Positions 6,252 through 15,315 of a stretch of DNA of 27,829 nt are shown here, one piece after another. Position 1 is the first letter of the stretch; each line of letters begins with the position of its first letter. The translations under genes were made by a program, and so were the position numbers. Under the pieces are notes generated by a model, which was not told the origin of the DNA, searched no databases, and was given only the letters and a program-made list of their open reading frames with translations. The DNA is from a virus. Taxonomy: Duplodnaviria > Caudoviricetes. The stretch covers positions 1 through 27,829 of the IMG/VR virus record IMGVR_UViG_3300030101_001949; one strand, given 5' to 3'.

Positions 6252-8090
6252 TTAGCTTTTATATCCTCTATTTTTTCTATCTATAGGTGCAACAGGCACT
6301 AATTGCTCATTAGCTTCAGGTCTAAACCCTTGACTTCTTGCCTTTGTTGTTGTTATTACTTTATCTGTATTTATGTTTGGTTTACCCTCGCCAAACTTTC
6401 TAAAATATATTCTTCTAAACCATTTGTGATGGCAATTTGCGCCGCCTTTATGTAGCCAAATGTTGTAAATACCTGATTTGTTGCCACTCAATTCTGGGTT
6501 TGCTTGTATGCTAGATAATGAGTGTGCCTGTCCAATTATATCTTCTTTGCGATATACTTTGTTTGCAGCCATCATTTTTTTACAAAACTCTCTTTCACCT
6601 GTATCAGATTTAGATTTACCTGTGTAAACATACCTAACTCTATATAGGTTTAAGTTTTTATCATAACCATCTTGCTCGCTCTTTCTTTCTGCTCTAGATG
6701 TGCCTGTTCTAGCTAAATGTAATTTTTGTAGATTGTACTCAAAATCAAAATCTTCATGCTCATCTGCTGCATCATCTTCATCTATCAATTCCCAATTCTC
6801 TAAATCTTCATCTTCACCATAATTAGCTAGAAAGTGATCTAGTGCGCTCTCTTCACTACTAAATCTGCTGTTAACCTCTTGTGCTTGCTCTAATGGCTCA
6901 TATCCTAATGCCTCTCTAATCTCATCTTGTGTTAACACATCTTCTAATATAGAGGTATCAAACATAGAGTTTAATGGACTTACTTCGCTTAATGATATAG
7001 GTAGGTTTGTATTGTTTACATTTAACACCATTTTGAGACCTTTTAAAACCTCATCTTTCATCGGTGCTACAACTGTGTTGCTATACAACTCATAAGCTGT
7101 TAAAAGTTCATCTCTACCACCTAATTGCCCCTCTGTTTTTACACCTAATAACATAGGTGATACAACTCTATGCCCTATCATAATGTTTTGTACACACAAT
7201 TTGTTTAGTGTTTCATACATTTTATCTGCATCAGATAGTTGTATAGGTTGTAATTGTGGTGCAGAGTTAGCATCATCAGAGAAAGTTAAAACGAATTTGC
7301 CACTATTACCAGGTGAAGTGAATTTTGATTGTATTTGTTGCTCTATTTGGTATCGCTCTTCATCTGTTGGTATACCATTATTGAAATTTATCCAAAAACT
7401 AGGGTTAAAAGAGTTTTGCACATTAGATAAATGAAACTCTGATGTTAGATTTTCTGTTAAAATCCAATTAGTAGATGCAAGATAATCAGGTGTATAGTAC
7501 GCCTCCATGCCTGGCGAGTACAAACCGCAATAAATAATTTGTGATGGCTCACTTCTATCTTGTGTATTAAAGGCTGCTACTCTGCGTGGTATGTATTCTT
7601 TCTTTCTATATTGTGTCCAATCACTACTAACCCAATACTCATCTATTAAACCACTCTTATTTTTTTTACCTACTCTAACTTTCTCTGCGCTAACATGGTG
7701 TACCTCGCTAATTTTTGTTTTGTCTTTACTCCAAATAACATTCAATGCGTATGCACCAAAAAGTTTAAGATCAAACGCACATTTTTTTATTATTTCATGT
7801 GCAGTTTCGCCATTTCTGTTAATGCTAGCTAAAAACTTTTTTAGTTGTACAAATGTTGACAAATCACCACTATCTTCATCTATAACAATATCTTTACCTG
7901 CAATCATTGCGCTAGTTGCATTTACTATTGCTGCGTGACTAGCAGAGCCATTGTATATATCTATTAGAAAGTTAGGGTAAACATTAGTATACTCACCATC
8001 ACCATAGGTTATCCAATCATTACGCCCTGTTTCAACAATTTTTGGTGCTGTTTGTTGCTTTAAATATACTTGTAGTAATCTATTATCCAT
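6252..8090 (-). CDS. Portal protein with C-terminal MuF-like extension
   Basis: DLKLFG.YA, Y..PDY, N.FNPS, F....N.GKF, I..GHRV.SP.L.G, DEIRE.LGYEPL portal motifs; acidic linker, then REFC...GGANCHH.W. Confidence 0.85.
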   Translation of the reverse strand: MDNRLLQVYLKQQTAPKIVETGRNDWITYGDGEYTNVYPNFLIDIYNGSASHAAIVNATSAMIAGKDIVIDEDSGDLSTFVQLKKFLASINRNGETAHEIIKKCAFDLKLFGAYALNVIWSKDKTKISEVHHVSAEKVRVGKKNKSGLIDEYWVSSDWTQYRKKEYIPRRVAAFNTQDRSEPSQIIYCGLYSPGMEAYYTPDYLASTNWILTENLTSEFHLSNVQNSFNPSFWINFNNGIPTDEERYQIEQQIQSKFTSPGNSGKFVLTFSDDANSAPQLQPIQLSDADKMYETLNKLCVQNIMIGHRVVSPMLLGVKTEGQLGGRDELLTAYELYSNTVVAPMKDEVLKGLKMVLNVNNTNLPISLSEVSPLNSMFDTSILEDVLTQDEIREALGYEPLEQAQEVNSRFSSEESALDHFLANYGEDEDLENWELIDEDDAADEHEDFDFEYNLQKLHLARTGTSRAERKSEQDGYDKNLNLYRVRYVYTGKSKSDTGEREFCKKMMAANKVYRKEDIIGQAHSLSSIQANPELSGNKSGIYNIWLHKGGANCHHKWFRRIYFRKFGEGKPNINTDKVITTTKARSQGFRPEANEQLVPVAPIDRKNRGYKS

Positions 8091-8092
8091 AA

Positions 8093-8794
8093 TTAAATTG
8101 TTATACCGTTCCTATCGGCTATGTCGTTGCGTACATTATTCCCTTCTGTAACTGATAATAATTTGCTAAATATAACAACTTCAAATACTTTTGCTGTTGT
8201 TAAACTGCTACTTGTTGTACCTAATTGCTCAAAACTAAAAGTGCCAGATACTGACTGTGTACCTAAACTAACGCCATTTCTAATAACCCTAACGTCATTA
8301 CTATCTCTAGATACCTCTGCAATTACTTTTGTTAGTCCAATACCACTTGATAAAGTTATGTTGCCGACAGTACCCCCATTCTTCATTTTAAAAGCAGTAG
8401 GTACATTACTTTGTGCAAAACGGAAAAAACTAGTATTGTCTACGCTACTAATAAATGTTTCACTATCCTCTTCTGATAAATCCAAAACTATAAACACGTG
8501 GTAATCTCCTGCAACACTAAAAGTGCTTGCAAAATCTAAATTATCTTTGTTATTACTATCAGTTACAAAAGCACCACCAATAAATCCACTACCTTCTTGC
8601 ACATCTATAGTTTGTGAAGCGTGTCTGTTATTGCCACTACTGTCATTCCATTGTATACCATCAGTAATAGTACCCTGACCTTCGTTAAACTTTAGCCATA
8701 ATTCTAAATCATTCACATCAGTAATAGCAAAACCACCCATACCCTCTAGATTTTCTGCTCTTGCGTTTATGCCTAATCCTAGTGCTAGTTTCAT
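8093..8794 (-). CDS. Virion protein with LamG/concanavalin-like beta-sandwich
   Basis: LELWL...QWNDSSGNNRHA.Q...EVVIF...LS pattern. Confidence 0.65.
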   Translation of the reverse strand: MKLALGLGINARAENLEGMGGFAITDVNDLELWLKFNEGQGTITDGIQWNDSSGNNRHASQTIDVQEGSGFIGGAFVTDSNNKDNLDFASTFSVAGDYHVFIVLDLSEEDSETFISSVDNTSFFRFAQSNVPTAFKMKNGGTVGNITLSSGIGLTKVIAEVSRDSNDVRVIRNGVSLGTQSVSGTFSFEQLGTTSSSLTTAKVFEVVIFSKLLSVTEGNNVRNDIADRNGITI

Positions 8795-8795
8795 A

Positions 8796-9065
8796 TTAGT
8801 TGTTGTATCCTATTGCTAAACCACTAGTAAGATTGATTGCTGTGAATGGTGCAAAAATCACCGTACCAGCAGGTATAGTTTTACCATCTAAATTACTATC
8901 ATTTGTAGCACCTGTAATAGTGCAGTTAGTAATTACGCTTTCATTTACAAAATGTACTGCATAAAAATCTTTACCTGTTTGTGCTGCTGTTGTAAAAACC
9001 TCAACACTACCTTTTTTACCCAACATTTCTTGTAAATGGTCGTTTGTATTTTTGTAAGTTGACAT
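8796..9065 (-). CDS. Small beta-rich putative virion protein
   Basis: TIPAGT.I...FT.I.LTSG.AIGY; located in the structural module. Confidence 0.6.
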   Translation of the reverse strand: MSTYKNTNDHLQEMLGKKGSVEVFTTAAQTGKDFYAVHFVNESVITNCTITGATNDSNLDGKTIPAGTVIFAPFTAINLTSGLAIGYNN

Positions 9066-9069
9066 ATAA

Positions 9070-9501
9070 TTAAATATTTAAATATTGTGTGTTAGTTACT
9101 GTATCATCTGGTGCTATATAATTATTATCACCAAAACCATAAATTTTACTTGCGTTTAAGTGCGTTGTAACATTAGAGTTGTTATTTTCTATTGATGCAC
9201 TAGGTAAATTACCGCTATATGCTCTAATCTTACCTCTATCTACTATTGATCCTACAGAGTTAGTAATTAGGTAACTAAAACTGCCTTTAACGCCTTTTAA
9301 ATCTACATTTGTTGGCTCAACTAAATTAAATATTGCCTTTCTTGCTAATTTAATCGGTGTAAAAGAATATGATACTGTATTATTATCTACACTACCCTCT
9401 ACATCATTCCAAATTCTTATACTGTATTGCGTACCACTACCTCTATCTTTATCAAGGTTTATACTCATACTGTTAGTAGCATCATGTTTGATATATAGCA
9501 T
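9070..9501 (-). CDS. Putative structural protein (possible head closure)
   Basis: 143 aa, beta-rich, first gene after a late promoter motif. Confidence 0.5.
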   Translation of the reverse strand: MLYIKHDATNSMSINLDKDRGSGTQYSIRIWNDVEGSVDNNTVSYSFTPIKLARKAIFNLVEPTNVDLKGVKGSFSYLITNSVGSIVDRGKIRAYSGNLPSASIENNNSNVTTHLNASKIYGFGDNNYIAPDDTVTNTQYLNI

Positions 9502-9502
9502 C

Positions 9503-9534
9503 TGTTTATAGTAAATATAAAAAACCTGGTTTTG
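9503..9534 (-). promoter_or_regulatory. Putative late promoter
   Basis: CAAA-ACCAGGTTTT-TTATATTTACTATAAACA. Confidence 0.8.
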
Positions 9535-9549
9535 TTACGCTTATATACG

Positions 9550-9576
9550 AAAAAAGACAGGTTTTACCCTGCCTTT
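9550..9576 (-). terminator. Intrinsic terminator ending the capsid/tail-tube operon
   Basis: AAAGGCAGG-GTAAAA-CCTGTC followed by TTTTTT. Confidence 0.8.
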
Positions 9577-9619
9577 AATCAAAAAATCAAGTAATATGTA
9601 GTCCTTTTAAGGATGTAGA

Positions 9620-10171
9620 TTATGAGTTAGTAATAGTAACTGTAAATGCTGCGTTATCAAACGGTGTAGATGAATAGTCAGCAACTAACAAACATGGTGC
9701 GCTCTCCGCTCCTGTAAATGTTAAATCGTAACCGTTCATATCTGCAAACGCTGCACCTGATGCGCTAGTACCTGCAGATAATTCTAAACCATTTTCTAAA
9801 CCTAAACACCAAATTAGTGTATTACCAGATGATGCTACAGCTTGTGTTTCTACAAATACTAACAATCTGTTTTGTGCTAGAAGTTTAATTTCGTTTCTAT
9901 CTGCTACCGTTAATTTGTGCAACTTAATGTTTACTGATGGCTCATAAAATACTGTACCATTTTCTTGTGATGGTTGTATTGTTTCAGTAAAACTAGCTGT
10001 GCCTCTTGGTAAATCGTATTTAAATAAGTTAGTAGATAAATCTACATCACTAACTGCACCTGCTGATGATACAATAGTAGCATCTGCATGTTGTACAAAA
10101 TAGACAGCTTTTACACCACCCATTATATCTCTACAATCTAGACCTCTACCTTTAGTTAATTCGCATGCCAT
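9620..10171 (-). CDS. Major tail tube protein
   Basis: MAC.LT.GR...C....GG.KAVYF, ENGT.FY, GLENG, D.NGY.LTF.G.E pattern; directly after the capsid gene. Confidence 0.7.
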   Translation of the reverse strand: MACELTKGRGLDCRDIMGGVKAVYFVQHADATIVSSAGAVSDVDLSTNLFKYDLPRGTASFTETIQPSQENGTVFYEPSVNIKLHKLTVADRNEIKLLAQNRLLVFVETQAVASSGNTLIWCLGLENGLELSAGTSASGAAFADMNGYDLTFTGAESAPCLLVADYSSTPFDNAAFTVTITNS

Positions 10172-10194
10172 GTTATATAGAATTTAGGTGCTTT

Positions 10195-10222
10195 TAGCAA
10201 AGGGTTTTTACGCCCTCTGCTA
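10195..10222 (-). other. Intergenic stem-loop without U tract (possible mRNA stabiliser or processing site)
   Basis: TAGCAGAGGG-CGTAAAAA-CCCTTTGCTA between the capsid and tail tube genes. Confidence 0.6.
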
Positions 10223-10236
10223 TTAGCTGTTAATTA

Positions 10237-11145
10237 TTATGCTTGTAATCTTACGATGTCACCACCTTGTGCGTGTTGCGTACCACCTGTAAATTTAGCA
10301 ACAACTCTAATGTTATCAGAGCCATCTAAATCACCCATGTCTAATACACGTATTTCTGTGTGGTCCGATAAAAGATCAGTACCAAAGAATAAGTTAGATG
10401 CTTGTGCAGCACACATTTTGTCATCTAACATACCTGGGCATACTGCAATTTTAACACCCTCAAATTCTGGCGTGTACTCACCCATGTGGTTAAAAGGAAA
10501 TGCGCTCAATGCTGAAATTGCTGAAATATAAAATCTGTATGTTTTAGGTGACATGTACAGGTATAAATCTTCTTTAGTGTAAACTGCGCTAGGTATTGAT
10601 GCAACTAAAAGTTGTAGGTTAGCAATAATGTTAGTTGCTGAATAGTTAGCTGCTGTGTTAGTAGCCTCTACAATAGCAGTATCATTCTCGAAATGACCGT
10701 TACCTGGCTGCATAAACCCTGTAAACTCACCACCGTTACTGTCTAAACCATTCCAAATGCTAGTCTCTACGCTATCAGCAATCTCGGCTGCTAGGTGTGA
10801 AAATAAAAACGCTGTAAAGTCATCAGACATACCATTATTGTGTGCGCCTGGTCGCATTTGTGCAGCTTGCCAATCTTGTAGTAATGTTTGCTTACAAATA
10901 TCTGTATTGATTTGTAATTCTTTTGGGTTAAGTACACGCTCAGTTAAAGTTAGTGTACCTGCCTCTGTAAAGTTACAATTAGCATCAGTAATTAAACCTG
11001 ATGTTGCAACTTTAGTAATGTTTCTTTTAAATTTAACATTCTCTAATACTGTCAAGTATTCAAGAGATTTAGCAGATTTAAGAGCAGCAGCAATATACTG
11101 ACCTGCGTGTTCACCACTATAATTTGATGTAATTGAAATTGCCAT
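10237..11145 (-). CDS. Major capsid protein
   Basis: 302 aa after the scaffold; Y.GE.AG.YI.AAL, LTERVL.P.ELQ.N...CK, NLFFGT.LLSD..E...LDM...DGSDN.R motifs. Confidence 0.85.
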   Translation of the reverse strand: MAISITSNYSGEHAGQYIAAALKSAKSLEYLTVLENVKFKRNITKVATSGLITDANCNFTEAGTLTLTERVLNPKELQINTDICKQTLLQDWQAAQMRPGAHNNGMSDDFTAFLFSHLAAEIADSVETSIWNGLDSNGGEFTGFMQPGNGHFENDTAIVEATNTAANYSATNIIANLQLLVASIPSAVYTKEDLYLYMSPKTYRFYISAISALSAFPFNHMGEYTPEFEGVKIAVCPGMLDDKMCAAQASNLFFGTDLLSDHTEIRVLDMGDLDGSDNIRVVAKFTGGTQHAQGGDIVRLQA

Positions 11146-11169
11146 CTTTTTTTAGTTTTAAAATTATTA

Positions 11170-11802
11170 TTAGTTATTTAAGTTGTGGAAAAATCTTTGT
11201 TTAGCTGATAACTTGTTGTATTCAGCTTTAGATAATTCTACTTTATTGTTATTTTTTGCAAATTTATTTAAACTTACAGGCTCTGTAGCAGGCTCTTTAC
11301 CTAACTCTACAACCTGTGCAGATAAATTTGTATTTTCTTCTTGTAATTCAGCAATGTTTTCATCTTTTGCTAAATTCTCGCCTCTTAACTCATCTAATTC
11401 AGAGTTTAGGCGTGCAATGTCGTTTCTAACCTCTTCTAAAAGTTCTTTAACAACTGCACCAATCTCTGCAAACAACTCTGCATTGTCATTACTCATCTCT
11501 TCTTTTTCATCGTACATTTCTTCATCTTCATCTTCATCTTTTGCTTCAGTTTCTTCTACCATAGATGAAATAACACCCTCTTCTTCAACGACAAATTTAA
11601 CACCCTCTTCTGTTTCGTATTCGCCAACAGGTAAAGGTATTTGCGTACCATCCTCAACAAGTACGCTAACTGCAACACCCTCTGCTAGGGCATCTGCCTC
11701 TGATACTATAATAGTACCATCTGCTAATTTACCCTCGTATGCTAGTTGAGTAGTTTCTTCCTCAATACCTAGGGCAACTCTAATTCTAGTTTTTAAGTCC
11801 AT
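11170..11802 (-). CDS. Capsid scaffolding protein
   Basis: Highly acidic; L.DGT, PLPVGEYE.E.G...VV.EEG.I, coiled coil and basic C-terminal helix; directly before the capsid gene. Confidence 0.75.
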   Translation of the reverse strand: MDLKTRIRVALGIEEETTQLAYEGKLADGTIIVSEADALAEGVAVSVLVEDGTQIPLPVGEYETEEGVKFVVEEEGVISSMVEETEAKDEDEDEEMYDEKEEMSNDNAELFAEIGAVVKELLEEVRNDIARLNSELDELRGENLAKDENIAELQEENTNLSAQVVELGKEPATEPVSLNKFAKNNNKVELSKAEYNKLSAKQRFFHNLNN

Positions 11803-11831
11803 AGTTATTATTAAAAAATTGTTGTTTTTAT

Positions 11832-12209
11832 TTATCTTACTTTAAATTTATCGAACAAAGATTGCATCATTTTTAAATCTTTAGTTGTAGTTTCTGATAC
11901 TGCTTGTATAGTGTCGTTTTGTAATTGTTTGGGCAACTCTACACCTAAATCTCTAGATGCCTCTAATATTTCTTTATACAAAATAGCAGCTTTATCAGCA
12001 TCTTTTTTACCCTCTGTTGCAGATTTTATTGCTTTAGATAAAAAACCTTTTGCTGCATCCATTTCATCTATATAATTATTATCTGTAACTTTCTCTCTTA
12101 ATTTTTTGTAGTCATCTACTAAACCTAATTCTACCTTTTGCAGTTCATTATTCTTGTTGAATTCTGCTAGTTTTTCAGTATTAAGTTTCTCAAAATATTG
12201 CTTGTTCAT
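11832..12209 (-). CDS. KVELG-motif coiled-coil protein (paralog of 5843..6247)
   Basis: EFNK, KVELGLVDD, ADKA, DLGVE; first gene behind a late promoter motif. Confidence 0.75.
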   Translation of the reverse strand: MNKQYFEKLNTEKLAEFNKNNELQKVELGLVDDYKKLREKVTDNNYIDEMDAAKGFLSKAIKSATEGKKDADKAAILYKEILEASRDLGVELPKQLQNDTIQAVSETTTKDLKMMQSLFDKFKVR

Positions 12210-12228
12210 TTTGACAAAGTTTTAGGTG

Positions 12229-12260
12229 TGTTTATAGTAAATATAATAATGTTTAATTTG
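12229..12260 (-). promoter_or_regulatory. Putative late promoter
   Basis: CAAA-TTAAACATTA-TTATATTTACTATAAACA; 18 bp identical to 9503..9520. Confidence 0.8.
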
Positions 12261-13478
12261 TTACTTTTTGCTATCAATTTCTTTTAGTTTGCTAATTGCC
12301 CAATTTATACCACTACTACCACCCCAGGCATCCCACATAAGTCCTCCACAACCTTCGGAGTATGGCACATCTTTGTGTTGTTGGTGTCGCTTGAAACTAG
12401 CCATTCTAGCAATAGTATCTCTACTTATGTTTTCTCTTCTTGCTAATTGCCCTGCTCTAGTCCAACCAACTCTAGTACCACATGTAGTACCATTCTCTTC
12501 TTTGTATTTTATTGCTCTTTTAGCGTTGTTTACTGCACCTTGTGGGTAATCATTATAGGTTTCTAAATACCTACGCTTTTTTTTCTTTTTTTTCTTTTTT
12601 TTTTTGGCATCAATAGGTACACAATTAGGCACTTTACGCCCATCTTTTATTTTGTGACCTATCGGCTCGTAGCCAGATTGACAAGGGTTAGGTGTAATTA
12701 ACTCTGTTTCTTCACAACCACAATCTTCTTTTAGTATTTCTGATAGGTTGCTAATAATATCATGATCTGCACATGGCATAAAAACTTCTTTGCCATCAAG
12801 TGAATGAGAATGCACACCGCTACAACCTAACTCTTTAGCTTTCTCTAATGCTTCATCTTCATTATCGTATAAAGGCAAATCTATTTTGCCATCTTTGCCA
12901 TCAGTTACCATGCTACCAACTCTAGCAAAATTGCTCATTTTTTGTACTTTATCTATAAAATAACCCTCTATAGACAAACCTTTTAACACACCCTCTCTAA
13001 TTTGCTTTTTTATTTCTTCATTTTCAATGCGCATAGATACAAACCATGTGCCTTTTGGTAGGTCGTAACCATACAATCTTGATTTATCCATTTCTGCATC
13101 TTGTACTATCCAACTCTCTACCGTATGCACTCCTGTAATCTTGTTTTCATGTTGTAAAGTAGCACTATTGTTGTTGTTGTGCTTTAGATACATTTCGCTT
13201 GCTTTCTTTACTGTAGCCTCTGTAAAATACACATAGTATTCCTGGTTAGTATCTGCATCATATCTAAATATTTGCTTGTTAGGTATCAATGCAGGCGATA
13301 CTAATAAACCCTTCTCTTCATCTATCTTTGCTAATGTGAGGTTGTTTTTAGCTTTGTTAAAGTATACAAAATCTTGCTCTATTGCAGGCTCTGTTACAAG
13401 CGATATAGCATCTATAGCTAACTCTTCATTGCTCTCATCTATAATGAGTTCTACAATTTTTGTTGGTTTCTTTTCCAT
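12261..13478 (-). CDS. Prohead serine protease, XkdF-like, with accessory C-terminal domains
   Basis: AISLV..PAIE..F, PALIPNKQI.R, T..H, VESW, PKGTW, KGLSIEG.F motifs; then Cys/His modules, a K10 tract and a WDAWGG domain. Confidence 0.8.
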   Translation of the reverse strand: MEKKPTKIVELIIDESNEELAIDAISLVTEPAIEQDFVYFNKAKNNLTLAKIDEEKGLLVSPALIPNKQIFRYDADTNQEYYVYFTEATVKKASEMYLKHNNNNSATLQHENKITGVHTVESWIVQDAEMDKSRLYGYDLPKGTWFVSMRIENEEIKKQIREGVLKGLSIEGYFIDKVQKMSNFARVGSMVTDGKDGKIDLPLYDNEDEALEKAKELGCSGVHSHSLDGKEVFMPCADHDIISNLSEILKEDCGCEETELITPNPCQSGYEPIGHKIKDGRKVPNCVPIDAKKKKKKKKKKRRYLETYNDYPQGAVNNAKRAIKYKEENGTTCGTRVGWTRAGQLARRENISRDTIARMASFKRHQQHKDVPYSEGCGGLMWDAWGGSSGINWAISKLKEIDSKK

Positions 13479-15193
13479 TATATTGTTGCTTTTCTTCTAA
13501 TTTTTGTTAATTTATCTTGTGAGTTTGTAATATCATCTGTTACTACAAACGCTTTTACAACACCTGTAGTCATACCATTAGCACTAGTATCTAAACCACT
13601 ATCAAACGCTCTACCACCACCTGCCTCATTTATTTGTGATAACAAAGGTGTAAACATTCTTGTACTTCTTGCGTTTATTACACTCTCGCCTCTACTTAAT
13701 CTTGCGTTAACACTATCACTAGTACCCGTACCCATACCACCTACTAAACCACCACTTGCCATTTCTGGTACTTGCGTTGCGTTTATTTTAGCTATGTTTT
13801 GTAAACCTACTGCTACTGCGCCTGCTGCTGCTATCGGTGCTAAAAATGCACCTACAACAGGTATAGCTGCCGCACTCTCAAATGCTTTTTGTGCTGATGT
13901 AAATGTACTAATAGTTGTTTCTACAGTTTTTATTGCTTTGTACGCTGCTGTATGCTCACCAAATGCACTTGCTATACCACCTAAAGTAGCCGCAGTTAAA
14001 TCCATGTCTGCCATAAGTTGTGCAGTACGGATTTTCATAATAGCATCAGCCTTTTGTTTTTCTAATTTTGTTGTATCTAATGATGCTTTTTTTGCTAATT
14101 TGAATAAATCATCATAAAACGCCTCTACCTCTGCTATTTCTCTTTCTCTTTCACTAACTCCTTCTAAAAATACTTCATTTTTAGCCTCTAATAATTCTTT
14201 CTCTAACGAAACTTGATTGGTTAATTGCTCACTTCTAAATCCTGTTATTTGCGCCTCTACAGCAGCTAGTTCATTTTTAGCCTCCATTAAAGCTATCAAA
14301 TTTTCATCATTTTCTAGCTTGTCAAACTCCGCTTGTGCTGATGCAACTTGTAACTCTGCTAGCTTTGTCATTTGTATAAACTGCGCCTCTAATGTTGCTG
14401 CTAAAATTTCATTTGCTGCTATTCTTGCTTCAAACGATGCTGTTTCATCATCTCGTAGTTGCCTCTGTCTTTCTGTTGCTGTATCAAATCTTTCTATAAC
14501 ACCCTGTAAGGCTGCTGCTGCGACTTTTGCGCTTTTTGCTAACTGCACATTAGTTGTAGCGGCTTTAGTTATTTCTGTAACATAATCTGCTGTCGCCTCC
14601 ACTACTTTTTTAGTAGTTTCTACAACTTTCTCTACTGTGCCATCTACACCTGTTAATACATCAACATATTCTTTACCTGCCTCTTTTGCGCTTTCTAACG
14701 CACCCTTAAAATCACCCTCAAAAACCTTTTTAAATGCATCTGCTAAAAAACCTACTACCTCTAACGCACTATTAAAGCGTTCTATGATGTTATCTTTTAT
14801 AGCTTGCCCTAATGATTTTATATTTTCTAATGGATTTTCAAAAACTGATTTGAAAAAATTAACTACTGCACCTGTATTGCCTATTATGAAATTGATAAAA
14901 TCATTCATAGCAATACTAACAGCCTCAAATGCTATACCAAACCCATCTGCTACTTTTTGGTTTTGCATAAATAGGTCTTTTAATAACTGAAAACCCTGTA
15001 GTATTAACGCTATACCTGCTGCCTTAAAGGCTAAACCAACACCCTTAATACCTTTTGCTAACTTGCCTGTATTTTTTTCTGTAGCTTTTGCGCTATCGCC
15101 TATACCCTCAACACCTTTTTTAACGGTTTCAAGTTCCTTTTTTAAATTGCCTATTTCGGCAGTTAATTTTAATACTACCTCTTCTTGTGCCAT
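13478..15193 (-). CDS. Tail tape measure protein (571 aa)
   Basis: Ala-rich helical protein with hydrophobic segments; C-terminal MASGGLVGG.GTGTSDSVNARLSRGESVINA motif. Confidence 0.85.
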   Translation of the reverse strand: MAQEEVVLKLTAEIGNLKKELETVKKGVEGIGDSAKATEKNTGKLAKGIKGVGLAFKAAGIALILQGFQLLKDLFMQNQKVADGFGIAFEAVSIAMNDFINFIIGNTGAVVNFFKSVFENPLENIKSLGQAIKDNIIERFNSALEVVGFLADAFKKVFEGDFKGALESAKEAGKEYVDVLTGVDGTVEKVVETTKKVVEATADYVTEITKAATTNVQLAKSAKVAAAALQGVIERFDTATERQRQLRDDETASFEARIAANEILAATLEAQFIQMTKLAELQVASAQAEFDKLENDENLIALMEAKNELAAVEAQITGFRSEQLTNQVSLEKELLEAKNEVFLEGVSEREREIAEVEAFYDDLFKLAKKASLDTTKLEKQKADAIMKIRTAQLMADMDLTAATLGGIASAFGEHTAAYKAIKTVETTISTFTSAQKAFESAAAIPVVGAFLAPIAAAGAVAVGLQNIAKINATQVPEMASGGLVGGMGTGTSDSVNARLSRGESVINARSTRMFTPLLSQINEAGGGRAFDSGLDTSANGMTTGVVKAFVVTDDITNSQDKLTKIRRKATI

Positions 15194-15315
15194 TTGCCTC
15201 TAATTATATCGTTGTTTTTTGTTTTGATCTTTGTATTAGATAACATCGGTAAAAATGTTTTCATTACAACCATACTTGTTACTAAACTTGCACCTACTAA
15301 TCTTAACTCTTTCAT
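15175..15315 (-). CDS. Small hypothetical protein, 46 aa (not in ORF track)
   Basis: MKELRLVGASLVTSMVVMKTFLPMLSNTKIKTKNNDIIRGKWHKKR; TAATG coupling and fills the gap before the tape measure gene. Confidence 0.6.
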   Translation of the reverse strand: MKELRLVGASLVTSMVVMKTFLPMLSNTKIKTKNNDIIRGKWHKKR

